Below are positions 12,010 through 25,394 of a stretch of DNA of 64,000 nt, one piece after another. The position numbers were made by a program, and so were the translations under genes. Within the stretch, counting starts at the first letter, position 1, and each line of letters begins with the position of its first letter. The stretch covers positions 120,892,071-120,956,070 of the forward strand of contig NC_068981.1 of assembly GCF_001194135.2 (NCBI RefSeq). The letters run 5' to 3'. Source of the stretch: Octopus bimaculoides. Taxonomy: Eukaryota. The notes beneath the pieces are model-generated. The model was not told where the DNA came from. It ran no database searches and saw only the letters and a list, made by a program, of their open reading frames with translations.

Positions 12010-13949
12010 TTCTAAGTGAAGTAAACATTTGCCTATAAAGAACTAGTCTACATCACTGGATGCAAATGAAGTTGCAGGTGTTACCTCAGACTTTTCCTTC
12101 TCCAAGAGTGATGTCTAAACAAAGATCAGAGAGTCTCTAACTCTTGGCTATTGGATGACCATTGACTATACTGAGTTCATCCCATCATATGACAAGTTTT
12201 GTTTTAGGTCCTGCAGAGTGTCCAATGAAAACTACGTGCCTTACTAAGCATGGTTGGTAGTGTTGCTGGTTTAGTGATTAATGACCCAACCATGCAACAT
12301 GTACTAGGTTACATGTTATCAGTAACACAAAGTTACCTGATATAACATACATAGATATGTACATACATACACATAAATATAAGTATGCACATGCATGCTA
12401 CCCCTTATTGCATTAGTGCCCCTAGTGTGTGGTAGTGTTAATCGATCACTTATCTTAATTCTGCCATCTGGCTATTGAATGCCTTTAGTAGAACTTCCTT
12501 TAATAATCTGAGGGAAACTCAATATACTGATGTACTTATTCCTACTATAACAGCACTAGTTGTGATTTCTTTGTCCCTTTTATTACCTCACCAGTCTAAG
12601 ATCCCTACAAAAATATCACGAGCTCAGCCCTTCCTTTAACTAAACTGTACAAGAAAGAAAGGAAAGCTAAAGAAAAGAAAATGTTATGACACTGGTCATA
12701 TTATTCATTTAAAACATATAAAACATGATTTTGTATATATTATGCATTTAATACATTATACATGGTGAACTGATACAATTGTTAGCTTGTTGGACAAAAA
12801 TTCTTATCAGTAGTTTTCTGGATCTTTGTGTTCTTTGTTCAAATCCCTCCTTGGTCAACTTTATAATTTTTTACCTTTCTGGGTCAATGAAACCAAGTAT
12901 TATTGAAGTATTGAAACTGATGTAATTGACTTTCCCCTTTTCTACAAATGGTGACTTTGTGCCAGAATTTGAAGCAATTATACATTACATTTGATTCACC
13001 ATATTTTAAAATATGTTTTAGATATGATATTGTCTCTTATAAATGATTTAAAGAGAAGAAATTGTTACCAAATACAAGTCATACACACCTGAATAATGCT
13101 TTCACTACAGAATCAGGATGAATATTATGTTAGATGCGACATGTTTTAACAATGAAATAAGGATGGATATCAAATTAGATGCTATATCAGTGATTCCATT
13201 TGTGGTGGGGCATACACCTCATCAGCGGGACCGGCGAAGACTGCAGTGGGATGTGGGATCCAAAATTGTTTTCTGTTTTGTTTTTTAGTGGGACATGGAA
13301 TTGTGAAAATGTACTATGCCTTTACTCAGCCTAGCCAAACCAATCCCTCCAGCCAAGCATATTTTGTGAAGACCTATTTGTTAGTGTACAGTGGTATTTT
13401 AATGCCCTAATGTGAATAGGAAATTATTTGATTAATATTGATTTCAAATTTTGGCACCATTGTTCAACTGGTACTTAATTTATCAACCTCAAAAGGATGA
13501 AAGACAAAGTCAACCTTGGCAGAATTTGATATAATTATGAAATATTAAAAATAAGTTATTTTTTCCCAACCAGGCATTTTTCTTGAAAGTTATAGTGGGG
13601 GGCCTGGTGGAAAATATGTTGGAAAACATAGCACTACATGTTCTGACTACAAAATGAGGATAAATATCAAAACAGATGCTACATGTTCTAACTATAAAAT
13701 TAAGAAGGTCATTATATTAGGTGCTGCATGTTCTTATTAGATGCTTCAGGTTATGACTATTAAATAGGATGGATATCGAATGAAATGCTACATGTTCTAA
13801 TTTCCTACCACCCTGCACTACCATTAACGAAGCACTTGTGGTTTGCATAATGTCACAGCAGAAGAACTGCTGCATATGCAGGGTGGGTATTAGTTCAATC
13901 ATGAAATGGTCAATTGGTCATATAGCTGAGCTATGCCTCAACAGTAATA

Positions 13950-14462
13950 ATATTGGTTTCAAATTTTGGTCAAGGCCAGGAATTTTGAGAAAGGTAGATT
14001 GGTTGATTTCATCAACCCCAGTTTTTAACTGATACTTATTTCATGGACCCCCCGCCACCCGGCAAAAGAATGAAAGGCAAAGATGATCTCAGTGTAATTT
14101 GAGCTCAGAATGTAAAGACAGACAAAAATGCTGTTAAGCATTTTGCCTGGTGTGCTAGCATTTCTGCCAACTCACCACCTTAACAGCAACACCAAAACAA
14201 CAGTAATACTACTAATAATAATCTTTTCTACTAAAGATACAAGGTCTGAAATTTTGGTGGAGGGGCTAGTTGATTGCTGCCCCAGTGTTTCACTAATACT
14301 TAATTTATCGGCCCCCGAAAGGATGAAAGGCAAAGTTGACCTCAGTGGAATTCAACTCTGCCTTTCATCCTTTTGGGGTCAATAAATTAAGTACCAGTGA
14401 AACACTGGGGTTGATGTAATCGACTTACCCCTTCCCTGAAATTGCTGGCCTTGTGTCAAAAT

Positions 14463-14480
<18 letters not shown>
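13950..14480 (-). mobile_element. Cluster of tRNA-headed SINEs with a Nin/Deu-like central domain (two minus copies, one plus partial)
   Basis: Core ttgcctttcatcctttcggggtcgataaattaagtaccag; B-box-like gagttcaaattc; (ATT)n tails. Family naming from memory. Confidence 0.8.
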
Positions 14481-14499
<19 letters not shown>

Positions 14500-16227
14500 T
14501 AATAATAATAAGGGCAGGTTAGTTTTTTTTTGTGTGGAATTAAGAACACAATATGTTATCTTATTAATTGCTGCCTTCATCTCAACTGACACACTGTTAT
14601 TGTTTCCACACTTGTCTTGCTCCTTTCTTTCTTTAAACTCTCACAATAAAATACTACCACCACCAATACCAATCTTATTAATACAGTCATCGACAGAAGC
14701 ATATTAAAATCTTGGTATGTTTTCTTTTAAGACTGATTCTCTCTGCCTTTGTAACAACATTGTTTGCCTTTGCTGTCTTTTTTTCCTTTTTTACATTTTG
14801 TTAAACTCAATTATCATATTACCATAACAGAAAAGAGTGGATGCGTGCAATGCTATATGTCATTGACTACCACCTCATCTGACAGTATCGTCTTCTTTGA
14901 ATGTATAAGCAAACATTTGTATAATTTCTCATATCAACATGCTTTTACCCTCAAGCATTTCATTGCCAGTTGATTCTGCTTTTCTCTCCAAGAAACTCTG
15001 TCAGGAAATTAATATCCTCATTTTTTTGTTTTCCATTCTGTTCATTATCAAAACAATTCAGTAAGATCTACCCTGCCCCAGGGTGTATGATGCTGATAGT
15101 GTGTGTGTATGTGTGTGTGTGTGGTGTGAGTGGTAGGACATCACATTGTATAAATGCTGTAAAGTTCATGTCACATCTATGGTTCTTCTTTATGTTCTCT
15201 TTGTTGGCTTTTGTTTATTGGCTTCTGTATATGATTCTGACTTGAAGCAATTTGTGATTTTAAATATGCATATACACACACACACCCACACACACGTGTG
15301 CACGCGTGTGTATATATGTATATGTGTGTGTGTGTATACCCATATGCATATATATATATATGTATATTTATATATGTGTGTATACTCCTATGCATACATT
15401 ATACATCTATATATAAACATGCATATATCAATACATACATGTGTATATGTGTTTCAGCTACACCTTACCAAACCTGTGTATGTGTCTATATAAGTCTATG
15501 TTAGTGTATATTTACGTGATTACTTATATATATAGCAATAAATGCATATTTGTGTATACATGCAATGACTCAAGGATAAAATTATTCTAATTTATTTTTG
15601 TAAGGTAAAAGAAATATTTCATTTTTTGCTCCAATAATGCAAATATTTGATTAAGATGAACAAATATCATTTTATCTCTTTCTTCCATAATTGTATGCAC
15701 GTGTGTGTGCACGTGTGCATGTTTGAATAAAATATTTCCTTTTGTGTTGGTTTCACATTTATATCATCTAATTCTATTGTATTTGAGTCATAACAGAGAA
15801 TTTAGTTTCTGAATAGACTAACTTGTGATTTGATCCTAGTTATTGCAGTTTGTTACGATCTTTCATTTAAGGATCTCTTAGCTACTTTTCTTTGTTATTT
15901 TGTTAAAAAACGTAAATGAGAACAAATTGAATGTGTTCTAAAGAGAATATTTGATTGATACGGTACTAATTAACAAAGAACACTTTACTTCCTTCTGAGA
16001 ATAACTAAATTAGCTACTGCCTCATTAATCTGATCTTAATTTCCAGTGCAGTTAGTTAGCAGAGCTGAATAAATTAAACAGATACTATGTTTATTATTGT
16101 CAAATCTAAAGAAAGTAGCAGAAATGTTAAAGTGCTATACCAAATGAACATCTAACTGAACTAGTTGTTCATTTTCTTCTCTTTATGTTTCAAGTTAAAA
16201 TCCAGCTGTGGATTGATTTTTGCATTT

Positions 16228-16695
16228 CATTCATCATCATCATTTAATGTCTGTTGTCCATGCTGGCATGGATTGGATGGTGTGACCAGAGCTGGCAAAC
16301 TTGGGGCTGCACCAGACTCCAGTCTGATTTGGCATCGTTTTTGCTGCTGGATGCCCTTCCTAATGCTAACTAGCGATGCACGGGCAGTTTTATGTGGCAC
16401 TGCACAGGCGCTTTTACATGATACTGTGCAGGCACTTTTATGTGATGCCACATGAGCACTTTTACATGACGCCACATGAGCACTTTATGTGGCACCACCA
16501 CAAAGGCTTTACACTGCCAGAAAGATCAGTCATAACACCTCTGCTACAGGGTCTTCTTGAGTATGATTAGGCACTAGGTATCTCAGTCCTTTGTTATTTT
16601 GCCTGAAAAGTTCAGCTTCCTGAGGTCGTTCTTCAGTACTTCGTCACATGTCTTCTTGGGTCACCTACTTCCATGTGTTCCATCCACTTTCAATA
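16228..16695 (-). mobile_element. 5'-truncated RTE LINE 3' end with internal ~22-nt tandem array
   Basis: Tail at 16228; minus ORF end PKKTCDEVLKNDLRKLNF; array at ~16375-16500. Confidence 0.82.
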
Positions 16696-17509
16696 AAGAA
16701 ACTGTCAAGGACCCGTTATTTATTGAACTTTGCAATGCCTTGGGAGGACAGGTTCAACACTTCTCACCAGCTTAAGTAAACCGAATATCAGGATTTGGTT
16801 GACAAGGCCTTTGTCAAAGGATAGCATATCCCTACTTGCCCTATTGATGTTGGCAGTTGTGGTTTTCTTGCTAGATTGTTGTCTTATTTCCTGCAGAAGA
16901 TTGGCCTGGAAGCCAAACGACAGAAGTTAGTCACCAAAGAATTAGGGCAGCTGAAACTAGTTCATAGCAGCTGTGTTTGACAAGAGACTGCAGGTGGAAC
17001 CCTTCTGCTGGTGAAGAATAATTCAGTCCTTGTTGCCCCATACAGGTGAAGGGTATAGACTTAGGGGTAAAATGCTTGTGACTTTGAGTTATCTATAGAT
17101 TCAGAAGAAGAGCTTACAAAACCACTGAGTTAGCTACTTCAGTCTCTGCAAGGAGTACAGCATCTCTGATGTTTATTTCATCTGATTGGTTCAGTTGCCT
17201 TCACTGCACTAATTCAATATTGTTATTTTGTTTCCAAAATAAAAAAAAATAAAAAATGCTATTTTGAAGGTTAAGGTCAGCAGAGTGGCAGAAAAGGGAG
17301 AGAATTAGACTGAAAAATTAGCAATTATTAAGTGACCAAATATTTAAATCATTAACCCTCTTGTGACTCTATTTCTGAAAAAAAATTTCATCTCTGTGCT
17401 TCAATTAATTTCTGGAAATAAATAAATAAATAGAGAGCTTAACTAAAATAGCTAACTTTTCCATCATTAAGCAGGAATTTGAGACAATATTACAGAAAGA
17501 TCTTATATA

Positions 17510-17752
17510 AAATATTGGTTTCAAATTTTGGTCAGAAATTTTGGGGGAGGGGTAGGGTAAGTTGATTACACTGACTCCAGTGTTCAACTGGTACTTATTT
17601 TATTGACTCCGAAAGAATGAAAGGCAAAGTTGTCCTCAGTGGGATTTGAGCTCAGAACACAAAGACAGACGAAAAGCTGTTAAGCATTTTGCTTGGCGTG
17701 CTAACAATTCTGCTAGTTTGCCACTTTAATAATAATAGTAATAATAATAATG

Positions 17753-17791
<39 letters not shown>

Positions 17792-18012
17792 GTATTAATC
17801 CTTTCTACTGAAGGCTCAAGGCCTGAAATTTTTAGGCAGGGGTGACTAGTTGATTACATTGAGCCTACTGTTCAACTGATACTTATTTTATTGACCCCCA
17901 AAAAGATGTAAGGGAAAGTTAACCTTGGTGAAATTTGAGCTCAGAATGGGAAAATGGATGAAATGCCGCTAAGTATTTTGCCTGGTGTGCTAATGATTCT
18001 GTTAGCTCACTT
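17510..18012 (-). mobile_element. Two tandem Nin/Deu-like SINEs separated by (AAT)n
   Basis: Two ~210-bp copies of the same consensus in head-to-tail arrangement. Confidence 0.85.
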
Positions 18013-20326
18013 CCTTCTTATATAAAATATTGATAGAATGTTTAACCCTTTTGTCACCATGTTTCTGTGAAAATACACTGCTTTTGTTTCAGATAATCTT
18101 AAACAGGTAAAAGAATTTAGTAAAATAACTCTAACATTATTAAGTTCATGTTTGGAACATAAACTAAAATGAAATTTTGATAGAAGGCTTTATTTTCAAT
18201 CACTTTAAATACAGAACTTTTATCATAACATCAGACAGTTGATGTTAAAAAAGTTAAACTTATGTATAAATTCTTGAAAACAGACAACTTTATATCATGG
18301 AAACAAGAGAGGTCTCAGTGGATTAGTATGAAAAGAATTAACCCTTTAGCATTCCGATTTCTTTATCAAATGTATTTGCTTGTTTTTTAACATTGTTCTG
18401 AATTAATCATGCATTATCTTGTAGCTTCAAAATTTCAATGGTGCTTTTGTATATTTTAAAAATGACATTGTAGGGTAGATGTGAGAGTTTGGATCAGATC
18501 AGTTTTAACATAAAACAGGTAGAATATCTGGGCCGGATATGGCTGGATTAAATACTAAAGTAAAGCCATGTACAAGCTCCTTTTTTGGCTAATGTAAGGC
18601 CTTAATACGAGAGAGAAAAAATTTCAAAAATATTAATAGATGATTAATATTATCCTTTCAGTTTTATTATTGTAGTATAGATTGGTAAAATGGGAGACAA
18701 CTGCAGATGTATTTAAGAATTGCTAGGTTTCATCAACAAACATTTCTACGGCTGGATGCCCTTCCCAATCACTTCACAGTGTGTACTGGGTGGTTTTAAC
18801 ATGGCACCAGCTCGTAAAAGCACCCATGCAGGTGCTATGTAAAAGCACCCCTGTGCTGGTGCCAGTGCCCATGCTGGTACCACGTCAAAAGCACCCAGTA
18901 CACTCTCTAAGTGGTTGGTATTAGGAAGGGCATCCAGCCATAGAAACCATGCCAAAACAGACAAAATAGAGCTTCGGCAGCTCTCCAGCTGGCTAGCTCC
19001 TGTCACACCATCCAACTGATGCCAGCACGGAGAATGGATGTTAAATGATGATGTTTCTATTTATGGCACAAGGTCCAAGATTTGGATAGATGGTGTTAGT
19101 TAGTTACATTGACTCTAGTACAATTATTTCTACCACATAGGAATTTGTGGGAAGGGATTAGTCAATTAAATTGGCCCAATATTTAACTGGTACTTTATTT
19201 TGAAGAATGAAAGGCAAACTTGACCTCTGTGTAATTTGAACTAAGATTAACAATAATGGTTTTTAATACTGTGAACAGTTGACAAATCTGTGAATTTAGG
19301 TATATTTGGTTGAATCAAATCTCAGTCCATAACTGGTGTCCATTTTATAAACCCTAATGATATGAAGGTTCCAACAACTAAATTTCCTTCAGTTATTGCT
19401 GGTGACATGTAAAAGGCACCTGTACTGGTGAAATGTAGAAGGCACCTTTGCCAGTGATATGTAAAAGGCACTCATGCCAGTGAAACATAGAGGACATCCA
19501 TGCCAGTGACATGTAAAAGCTACTTGATACACTCTATGGAATGGTTGGCATTAGAAAGGGCATCCAGCCATAGAAACCAAGCCAAAACAAACTGGAACCA
19601 GGTGCAGCTCTGTGGCTTACCAGCCCAGTCGAACCATCTAACCAATGCCAGCATGGAAAACAGACACTAAATGCTGCTGTTACTGCTACCGCTGCTGCTA
19701 ATGATTGCTCGAAGCATTCATCAGATGATATTTTAATGAAGGAGGTGTCTTGTTTTATTCTAAAGTCAGTAATGAGATAAGTGATGTTTAATTTGGAAAG
19801 GAATGTTGGTTGCAGTCTTCTGATAGAGGGGATGGGTTTCATCTTTTTATTATATAATTTACCCGGTCAAATGTGTTTTTGTGATGGAATTTCAGTATGA
19901 TTTCCATCAATTCTTTCTCTGTTGTTATCCTGAAATTATTGCATCCATTTACACCTTTCAATTCAGTAAAGTTGACATCACAGCTTAGAAAGGGCATGAT
20001 ATCTTGACTGATTGTTCAATAACCATGACTCACAAACAGTCTTTCAGCTGTTATATGTGTGTGTTTATGATATATATAAATATGTATGTAAGGGAGTGAG
20101 TTGGTAGAGTCATTTGGACAAAGTATGTTGCAACATTTCATCTGTCTTTACAGTTTGAGTTCAAATTCCACTTTTGTTGACTTTATCTGTTGTCCTTCCA
20201 GGGTCAATCAATTAAGTAGCAGTTGAGCACTGGAATCAATATCATCGATTGATCCCATCTTGCAAAATTTCAACACTTGTGCCTATATTAGAAATGACAT
20301 GTGCATATATATATGCACATGTCATT

Positions 20327-20515
20327 TCAGCATTCGCCATGATAGATCGCTGACCACTACATTTATATATTTTTTTCTTTCCTTATTTCTTTCTGAAAGT
20401 TGAAGAGCGTAGGCTCGAAACGACAAAGACTTTCTCTATTCCCGAGCATTAAACTAATACATCCATTTGTTGTTTACACCACCTGTCTTCGTTTTATTTT
20501 TTTCGTAAGTTCTCC

Positions 20516-20557
<42 letters not shown>

Positions 20558-20894
20558 ATATGTCACATTCTTTACTACATATATATATATANNNNNNNNN
20601 NNNNNNNNNNNNNNNNNNNNNNNNNNNNNNNNNNNNNNNNNNNNNNNNNNNNNNNNNNNNNNNNNNNNNNNNNNNNNNNNNNNNNNNNNNNNNNNNNNNN
20701 NNNNNNNNNNNNNNNNNNNNNNNNNNNNNNNNNNNNNNNNNNNNNNNNNNNNNNNNNNNNNNNNNNNNNNNNNNNNNNNNNNNNNNNNNNNNNNNNNNNN
20801 NNNNNNNNNNNNNNNNNNNNNNNNNNNNNNNNNNNNNNNNNNNNNNNNNNNNNNNNNNNNNNNNNNNNNNNNNNNNNNNNNNNNNNNNNNNNNN

Positions 20895-20928
<34 letters not shown>

Positions 20929-21125
20929 CCATGATAGATGGCTGACCACTACATTTATATATTTTTTTCTCCTTGTTTCTCTCCTTATTTCTTTCTGTGT
21001 TCCTTTCAGTTGATGAGCGTAGGCTTGAAACATCAAAGACTTTCTCTATTCTCGAGCGTTAAACTAATACATCCATTTGTTGTTTATACCACCTGTCTTC
21101 GTCTGTTGTTTTTTTCATAAATTCT

Positions 21126-21130
<5 letters not shown>
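20327..21130 (+). mobile_element. Two direct copies (~190 bp) of a Penelope-like terminus flanking a (TA)n/gap
   Basis: 20330-20515 is similar to 20928-21130; both carry the degenerate hammerhead-like tgaagagcgtaggctcgaaac / tgatgagcgtaggcttgaaac. Confidence 0.65.
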
Positions 21131-21159
<29 letters not shown>

Positions 21160-21161
<2 letters not shown>

Positions 21162-21339
21162 CAGTCTGCAAATGTCAAGGGTGGGCAGCATATTCCTTTA
21201 TTTGACTTCATTTAAGGCATGACTATCTTCAATGAATTAAATAGGACCCATTTGCTTCAGAATTCATTGCAGATATTCATGCCTTAAGTGATATTGAACA
21301 AAGGAATGTGCGACCCATCCTTGACATCTGCAGACTGAA
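21160..21339. mobile_element. Palindromic MITE-like fold-back element (~180 bp)
   Basis: ttcagtctgcaaatgtcaagggtgggcagcatattcctt pairs with aaggaatgtgcgacccatccttgacatctgcagactgaa; inner segments also pair. Confidence 0.75.
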
Positions 21340-21529
21340 TAGCAGAATAAGTCCAGCATCACCATGCACACCTCCTCCCCCATATAACTACCATTCCTTC
21401 CCCTCTGCAAACCTAAAGTGTCTTAACTACTCTATAGTGTCTCTGTTCATTCAAAGCAATATAACTCTCAAACCAGAGGATGAATAGAAGGAAGAATGGA
21501 GAGCAAGTCAATGAAGGAGTAATAAATAT

Positions 21530-21789
21530 AATGTTGGAGTGAGAGAGTGAAGAGACAGAGTGATGGTACAATGGATAAGAGAAAGGGTGAGTGATAGAGG
21601 AGGGTGAGTTACAGAGAGAGAGAGAGAGAGAGAGTGAGCAACAGAGAGATGGTAAATGAGAGAGAGAGAAGTAGAGGGTGAGTAACAGAAAGAGATGGTG
21701 AGTGAGAGAGAGAGGGTGTGAATGATAGAGGAGGGTGAGTTACAGAGAGAGAGAGAAAGTGACAGAGAGAGGGTGAGCAACAGAGATGG

Positions 21790-21841
<52 letters not shown>

Positions 21842-21876
21842 TAGAAGATGAGTGACAGAAAGAGATGGTAAGTGAC

Positions 21877-21907
<31 letters not shown>

Positions 21908-22015
21908 AAGTGAGAGAGTCTGAGTAGCAGGGAGTGAGGGTGAACAAAAGAGAAAGAGAGTGAATGACAGAGAGTGAAGGTGAGTGTGAGAGTGTGAGTG
22001 ACAGAGACAAATGAA
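21530..22015. repeat. Purine-rich (GA)n-derived minisatellite with higher-order ~130-nt repeat
   Basis: Recurring gagggtgagttacagagag and gatggtaaatgagagag blocks. Confidence 0.85.
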
Positions 22016-22508
22016 TGATCAGTAAGTATCAAAGAGGGGGAGTATCAGAGCAGGTGGAGGCAGATGATGGATTTAAAACTAGTCAATGGGGCGAATGTAA
22101 GTGGAGTGGGGCAGCAAATAGGATGTCATGGGGATATTTTGGACAATAAACTCAAATGAAGATATGTGCCACCCAGCCCAGCCAGCATCTCTGTCATCAT
22201 CAATGCTTAGGATGCCATTCTTGTACATGCAGACTGGTCTAATACGATCAAATATGTTGCTGCATCAACCAAGGCTAGAACACCTTTGATCATATATCAG
22301 CTCAGTCAGGAGTGACGTAGGGTTAAACAACAGCAGCAACAACAACAAAAGAAACCCTTATTTGTCTATATGTAATTGCTTGACCAGGGATCAGTTTCAA
22401 TTTTTCTTCCCTTAAGTGGGAATGATGTTCAAATACCATTGAAAATACCCAACAACAACATACCATATACACATTTTGAAACTGTTTTGCTTTAAATTCA
22501 ATATATGG

Positions 22509-22543
<35 letters not shown>

Positions 22544-23724
22544 TATGAAACACTTGCTGTATCTGCAGAGTTGTTTAGATTTCTGGTTTCCGGATGTAAA
22601 TGTTTATTGATAATAATTCATGCTTACAAAAATTTCTTGATTTGATTCAATAATATTTATGTACAAATATATATANNNNNNNNNNNNNNNNNNNNNNNNN
22701 NNNNNNNNNNNNNNNNNNNNNNNNNNNNNNNNNNNNNNNNNNNNNNNNNNNNNNNNNNNNNNNNNNNNNNNNNNNNNNNNNNNNNNNNNNNNNNNNNNNN
22801 NNNNNNNNNNNNNNNNNNNNNNNNNNNNNNNNNNNNNNNNNNNNNNNNNNNNNNNNNNNNNNNNNNNNNNNNNNNNNNNNNNNNNNNNNNNNNNNNNNNN
22901 NNNNNNNNNNNNNNNNNNNNNNNNNNNNNNNNNNNNNNNNNNNNNNNNNNNNNNNNNNNNNNNNNNNNNNNNNNNNNNNNNNNNNNNNNNNNNNNNNNNN
23001 NNNNNNNNNATATAATATGTGTATAAATATCAGCTTGACTAGAATGTTTACTGTAATTTACGTTTGATCTTTTTAGAAACAAAAGATAGGGAAAACAAAA
23101 CAATAAATAAATAAATAAATAAATGAATAAATAAATAAAAGGACAAGAATACAAAGCAAAAATATAATTCTTACAACAGCAACAACAATGCTAGTAGCAG
23201 TGGTAGCCGTAGCAAGAACAAAGCATATTGGATTTTGTTAATCTTCAAGCTACGTTGGTGTATGTGTTAGAATATGTTTGTGTGTATATTTAATGTTTAT
23301 TCATGTGTGTGTCTGTGTTGTGTGTGACACTTGGAAATTATACCTATTTGTGGCATCATGTATCCAATTTCAGTCTATAGATCTTGTGAAATATTCTTTT
23401 GCTGGTTAGTGTGTGTGTGTATGGCATATCTATGCATCTATTCTTACATATGAATGTCATATGTATGCATCTCTTCATACATAAGAGTGTATGTTGGAGT
23501 GTTCATGGGGCTTGCAGTATGGAGAATGGACATTAAATGATGATGATATCATATTCATTTAATGACCACCTTCCATGCTGGCATGGGTTGGATGGTTTGA
23601 CAAGAGCTGGCCAGGCAGAAGACTGCACCATACCTCTGTGTCTGTTTTGGCATGGTTTTTATGGCTGTATGCCCTTCCTAACAGCAACCACACCACAGAA
23701 TGGACTGAGTGCTTTTTGATAATA

Positions 23725-24129
23725 GGAGTGGCTGTGTGGTAAGTAGCTTGCTTACCAACCACATGGTTCTGGGTTCAGTCCCACTGTGTGGCACCTTGGG
23801 CAAGTGTCTTCTACTATAGCCTCAGGCCGACCAAAGCCTTGTGAGTGGATTTGGTAGACGGAAACTGAAAGAAGCCTGTCGTATATATATGTATATGTAT
23901 ATATGTGCGTGTGTGTGTTTGTGTGTCTGTGTTTGTCTCCCCAACATTGTTTGACAAGCGATGCTGGTGTGCTTACGTCCCCGTAACTTAGCGGTTTGGC
24001 CAAAGAGTCCCGATAGAATAAGTACTAGGCATCCAAAGAATAAGTCCTGGGGTTGATTTGCTCGACTAAAGGCGGTGCTCCAGCATGGTCGCAGTCAAAT
24101 GACTGAAACAGGTAAAAGAGTAAAGAGTA
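23725..24129 (+). mobile_element. tRNA-headed CORE-like SINE, full length (octopus OR-type); copies at 5085-5210, 27940-28110(-), 31120-31320, 39068-39510, 39780-40160(-), 43370-43900, 47975-48380, 54365-54490, 60735-61150(-)
   Basis: A box tggctgtgtggt, B box ggttcagtccc, CORE-like accttgggcaagtgtctt, internal (TA/TG)n, 3' (TAAAAGAG)n tail. Confidence 0.85.
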
Positions 24130-25012
24130 TATGTGGGGTGTTGAAAAGTTCCTGGCTTTAAGGGTATCATGAAANNNNNNNNNNNNNNNNNNNNNNNNNN
24201 NNNNNNNNNNNNNNNNNNNNNNNNNNNNNNNNNNNNNNNNNNNNNNNNNNNNNNNNNNNNNNNNNNNNNNNNNNNNNNNNNNNNNNNNNNNNNNNNNNNN
24301 NNNNNNNNNNNNNNNNNNNNNNNNNNNNNNNNNNNNNNNNNNNNNNNNNNNNNNNNNNNNNNNNNNNNNNNNNNNNNNNNNNNNNNNNNNNNNNNNNNNN
24401 NNNNNNNNNNNNNNNNNNNNNNNNNNNNNNNNNNNNNNNNNNNNNNNNNNNNNNNNNNNNNNNNNNNNNNNNNNNNNNNNNNNNNNNNNNNNNNNNNNNN
24501 NNNNNNNNNNNNNNNNNNNNNNNNNNNNNNNNNNNNNNNNNNNNNNNNNNNNNNNNNNNNNNNNNNNNNNNNNNNNNNNNNNNNNNNNNNNNNNNNNNNN
24601 NNNNNNNNNNNNNNNNNNNNNNNNNNNNNNNNNNNNNNNNNNNNNNNNNNNNNNNNNNNNNNNNNNNNNNNNNNNNNNNNNNNNNNNNNNNNNNNNNNNN
24701 NNNNNNNNNNNNNNNNNCTTACTGGCCGCATCTCTGTACATGGCTCGCACAGCTCTCACTAGCCATTCTTCTATCCCAAGTTTCCTCATTGACCACCAGA
24801 TAAGGGATCGGGGGACCCTGTCAAAGGCTTTCTCCATGTCAACGAAAGCCAGGTACAGAGGTTTATCCTTGGCTAGGTATTTCTCTTGCAACTGTCTCAC
24901 TAGAAATAAGGCGTGAATCTGAGAGGGGGATATGTTGAATAAAATCATAATTAACTGATCCTCCTGTATTTTCTTTTACCCGAAGCCAGCAACATTTCAG
25001 CACCCCCTTGTA
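24130..25012. mobile_element. mariner-derived MITE interrupted by an RTE insertion and a gap
   Basis: Left TA-tgtggggtgttgaaaagttcctggcttt and right aagccagcaacatttcagcacccccttg-TA are imperfect inverted repeats. Confidence 0.7.
24718..24912 (-). mobile_element. RTE RT fragment nested in the mariner MITE
   Basis: Reads ALFLVRQLQEKYLAKDKPLYLAFVDMEKAFDRVPRSLIWWSMRKLGIEEWLVRAVRAMYRDAASK. Confidence 0.92.
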
Positions 25013-25212
25013 TATATGTACATGTGTGTATATATATATAAAACACAGGAAGTGGATTTCATTGATGGAAACCGAAAGAAACCTGTTATATACCCTGAAC
25101 CCACCTCCCAACATGCCCTACTATGCAATTTTTACCATATTTGGTATTATTTTTTTTCTGCTACAGTTGTAATTGATAATCAACTTTGTGTATCCCTCTT
25201 ACCTCTTTTCAG

Positions 25213-25296
25213 ATTTGGAACCAGAAATACATGATGATGAGGAACTCTATGAGTTGCAAGATGATGGCTTACTACATCCTGTTGAGGCCTTTCCCG
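25213..25296 (+). CDS. Coding exon B (84 nt, phase 1-1)
   Basis: Acceptor cctcttttcag, donor G|gtaagt. Reads (N)LEPEIHDDEELYELQDDGLLHPVEAFP; acidic, in frame with A and C. Confidence 0.8.
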
Positions 25297-25394
25297 GTAA
25301 GTTTGTTACTTTTTGAATCATTTGTTGTATTTCTTTTGAGCATGCATCAGTGCTGCTGCCACTGCTGCTGCTACTCCTTTTCTACATACTGAGC

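Noticed and set aside
14670-14730. ag..gtatgt micro-exon candidate
   Set aside because: 28 nt would break the phase 1-1 frame between exons A and B.
15260-15560. Alternating purine-pyrimidine tracts (also 710-840) with Z-DNA potential
   Set aside because: Ubiquitous in this window; no specific signal.
19400-19520. CRISPR-like repeat arrays (also 16375 and 56900)
   Set aside because: Degenerate adjacent tandem units without unique spacers, inside RTE 3'UTRs in a eukaryote; no cas genes.
23725-23800. tRNA-like A/B boxes
   Set aside because: SINE heads with no cloverleaf or acceptor stem; not tRNA genes.
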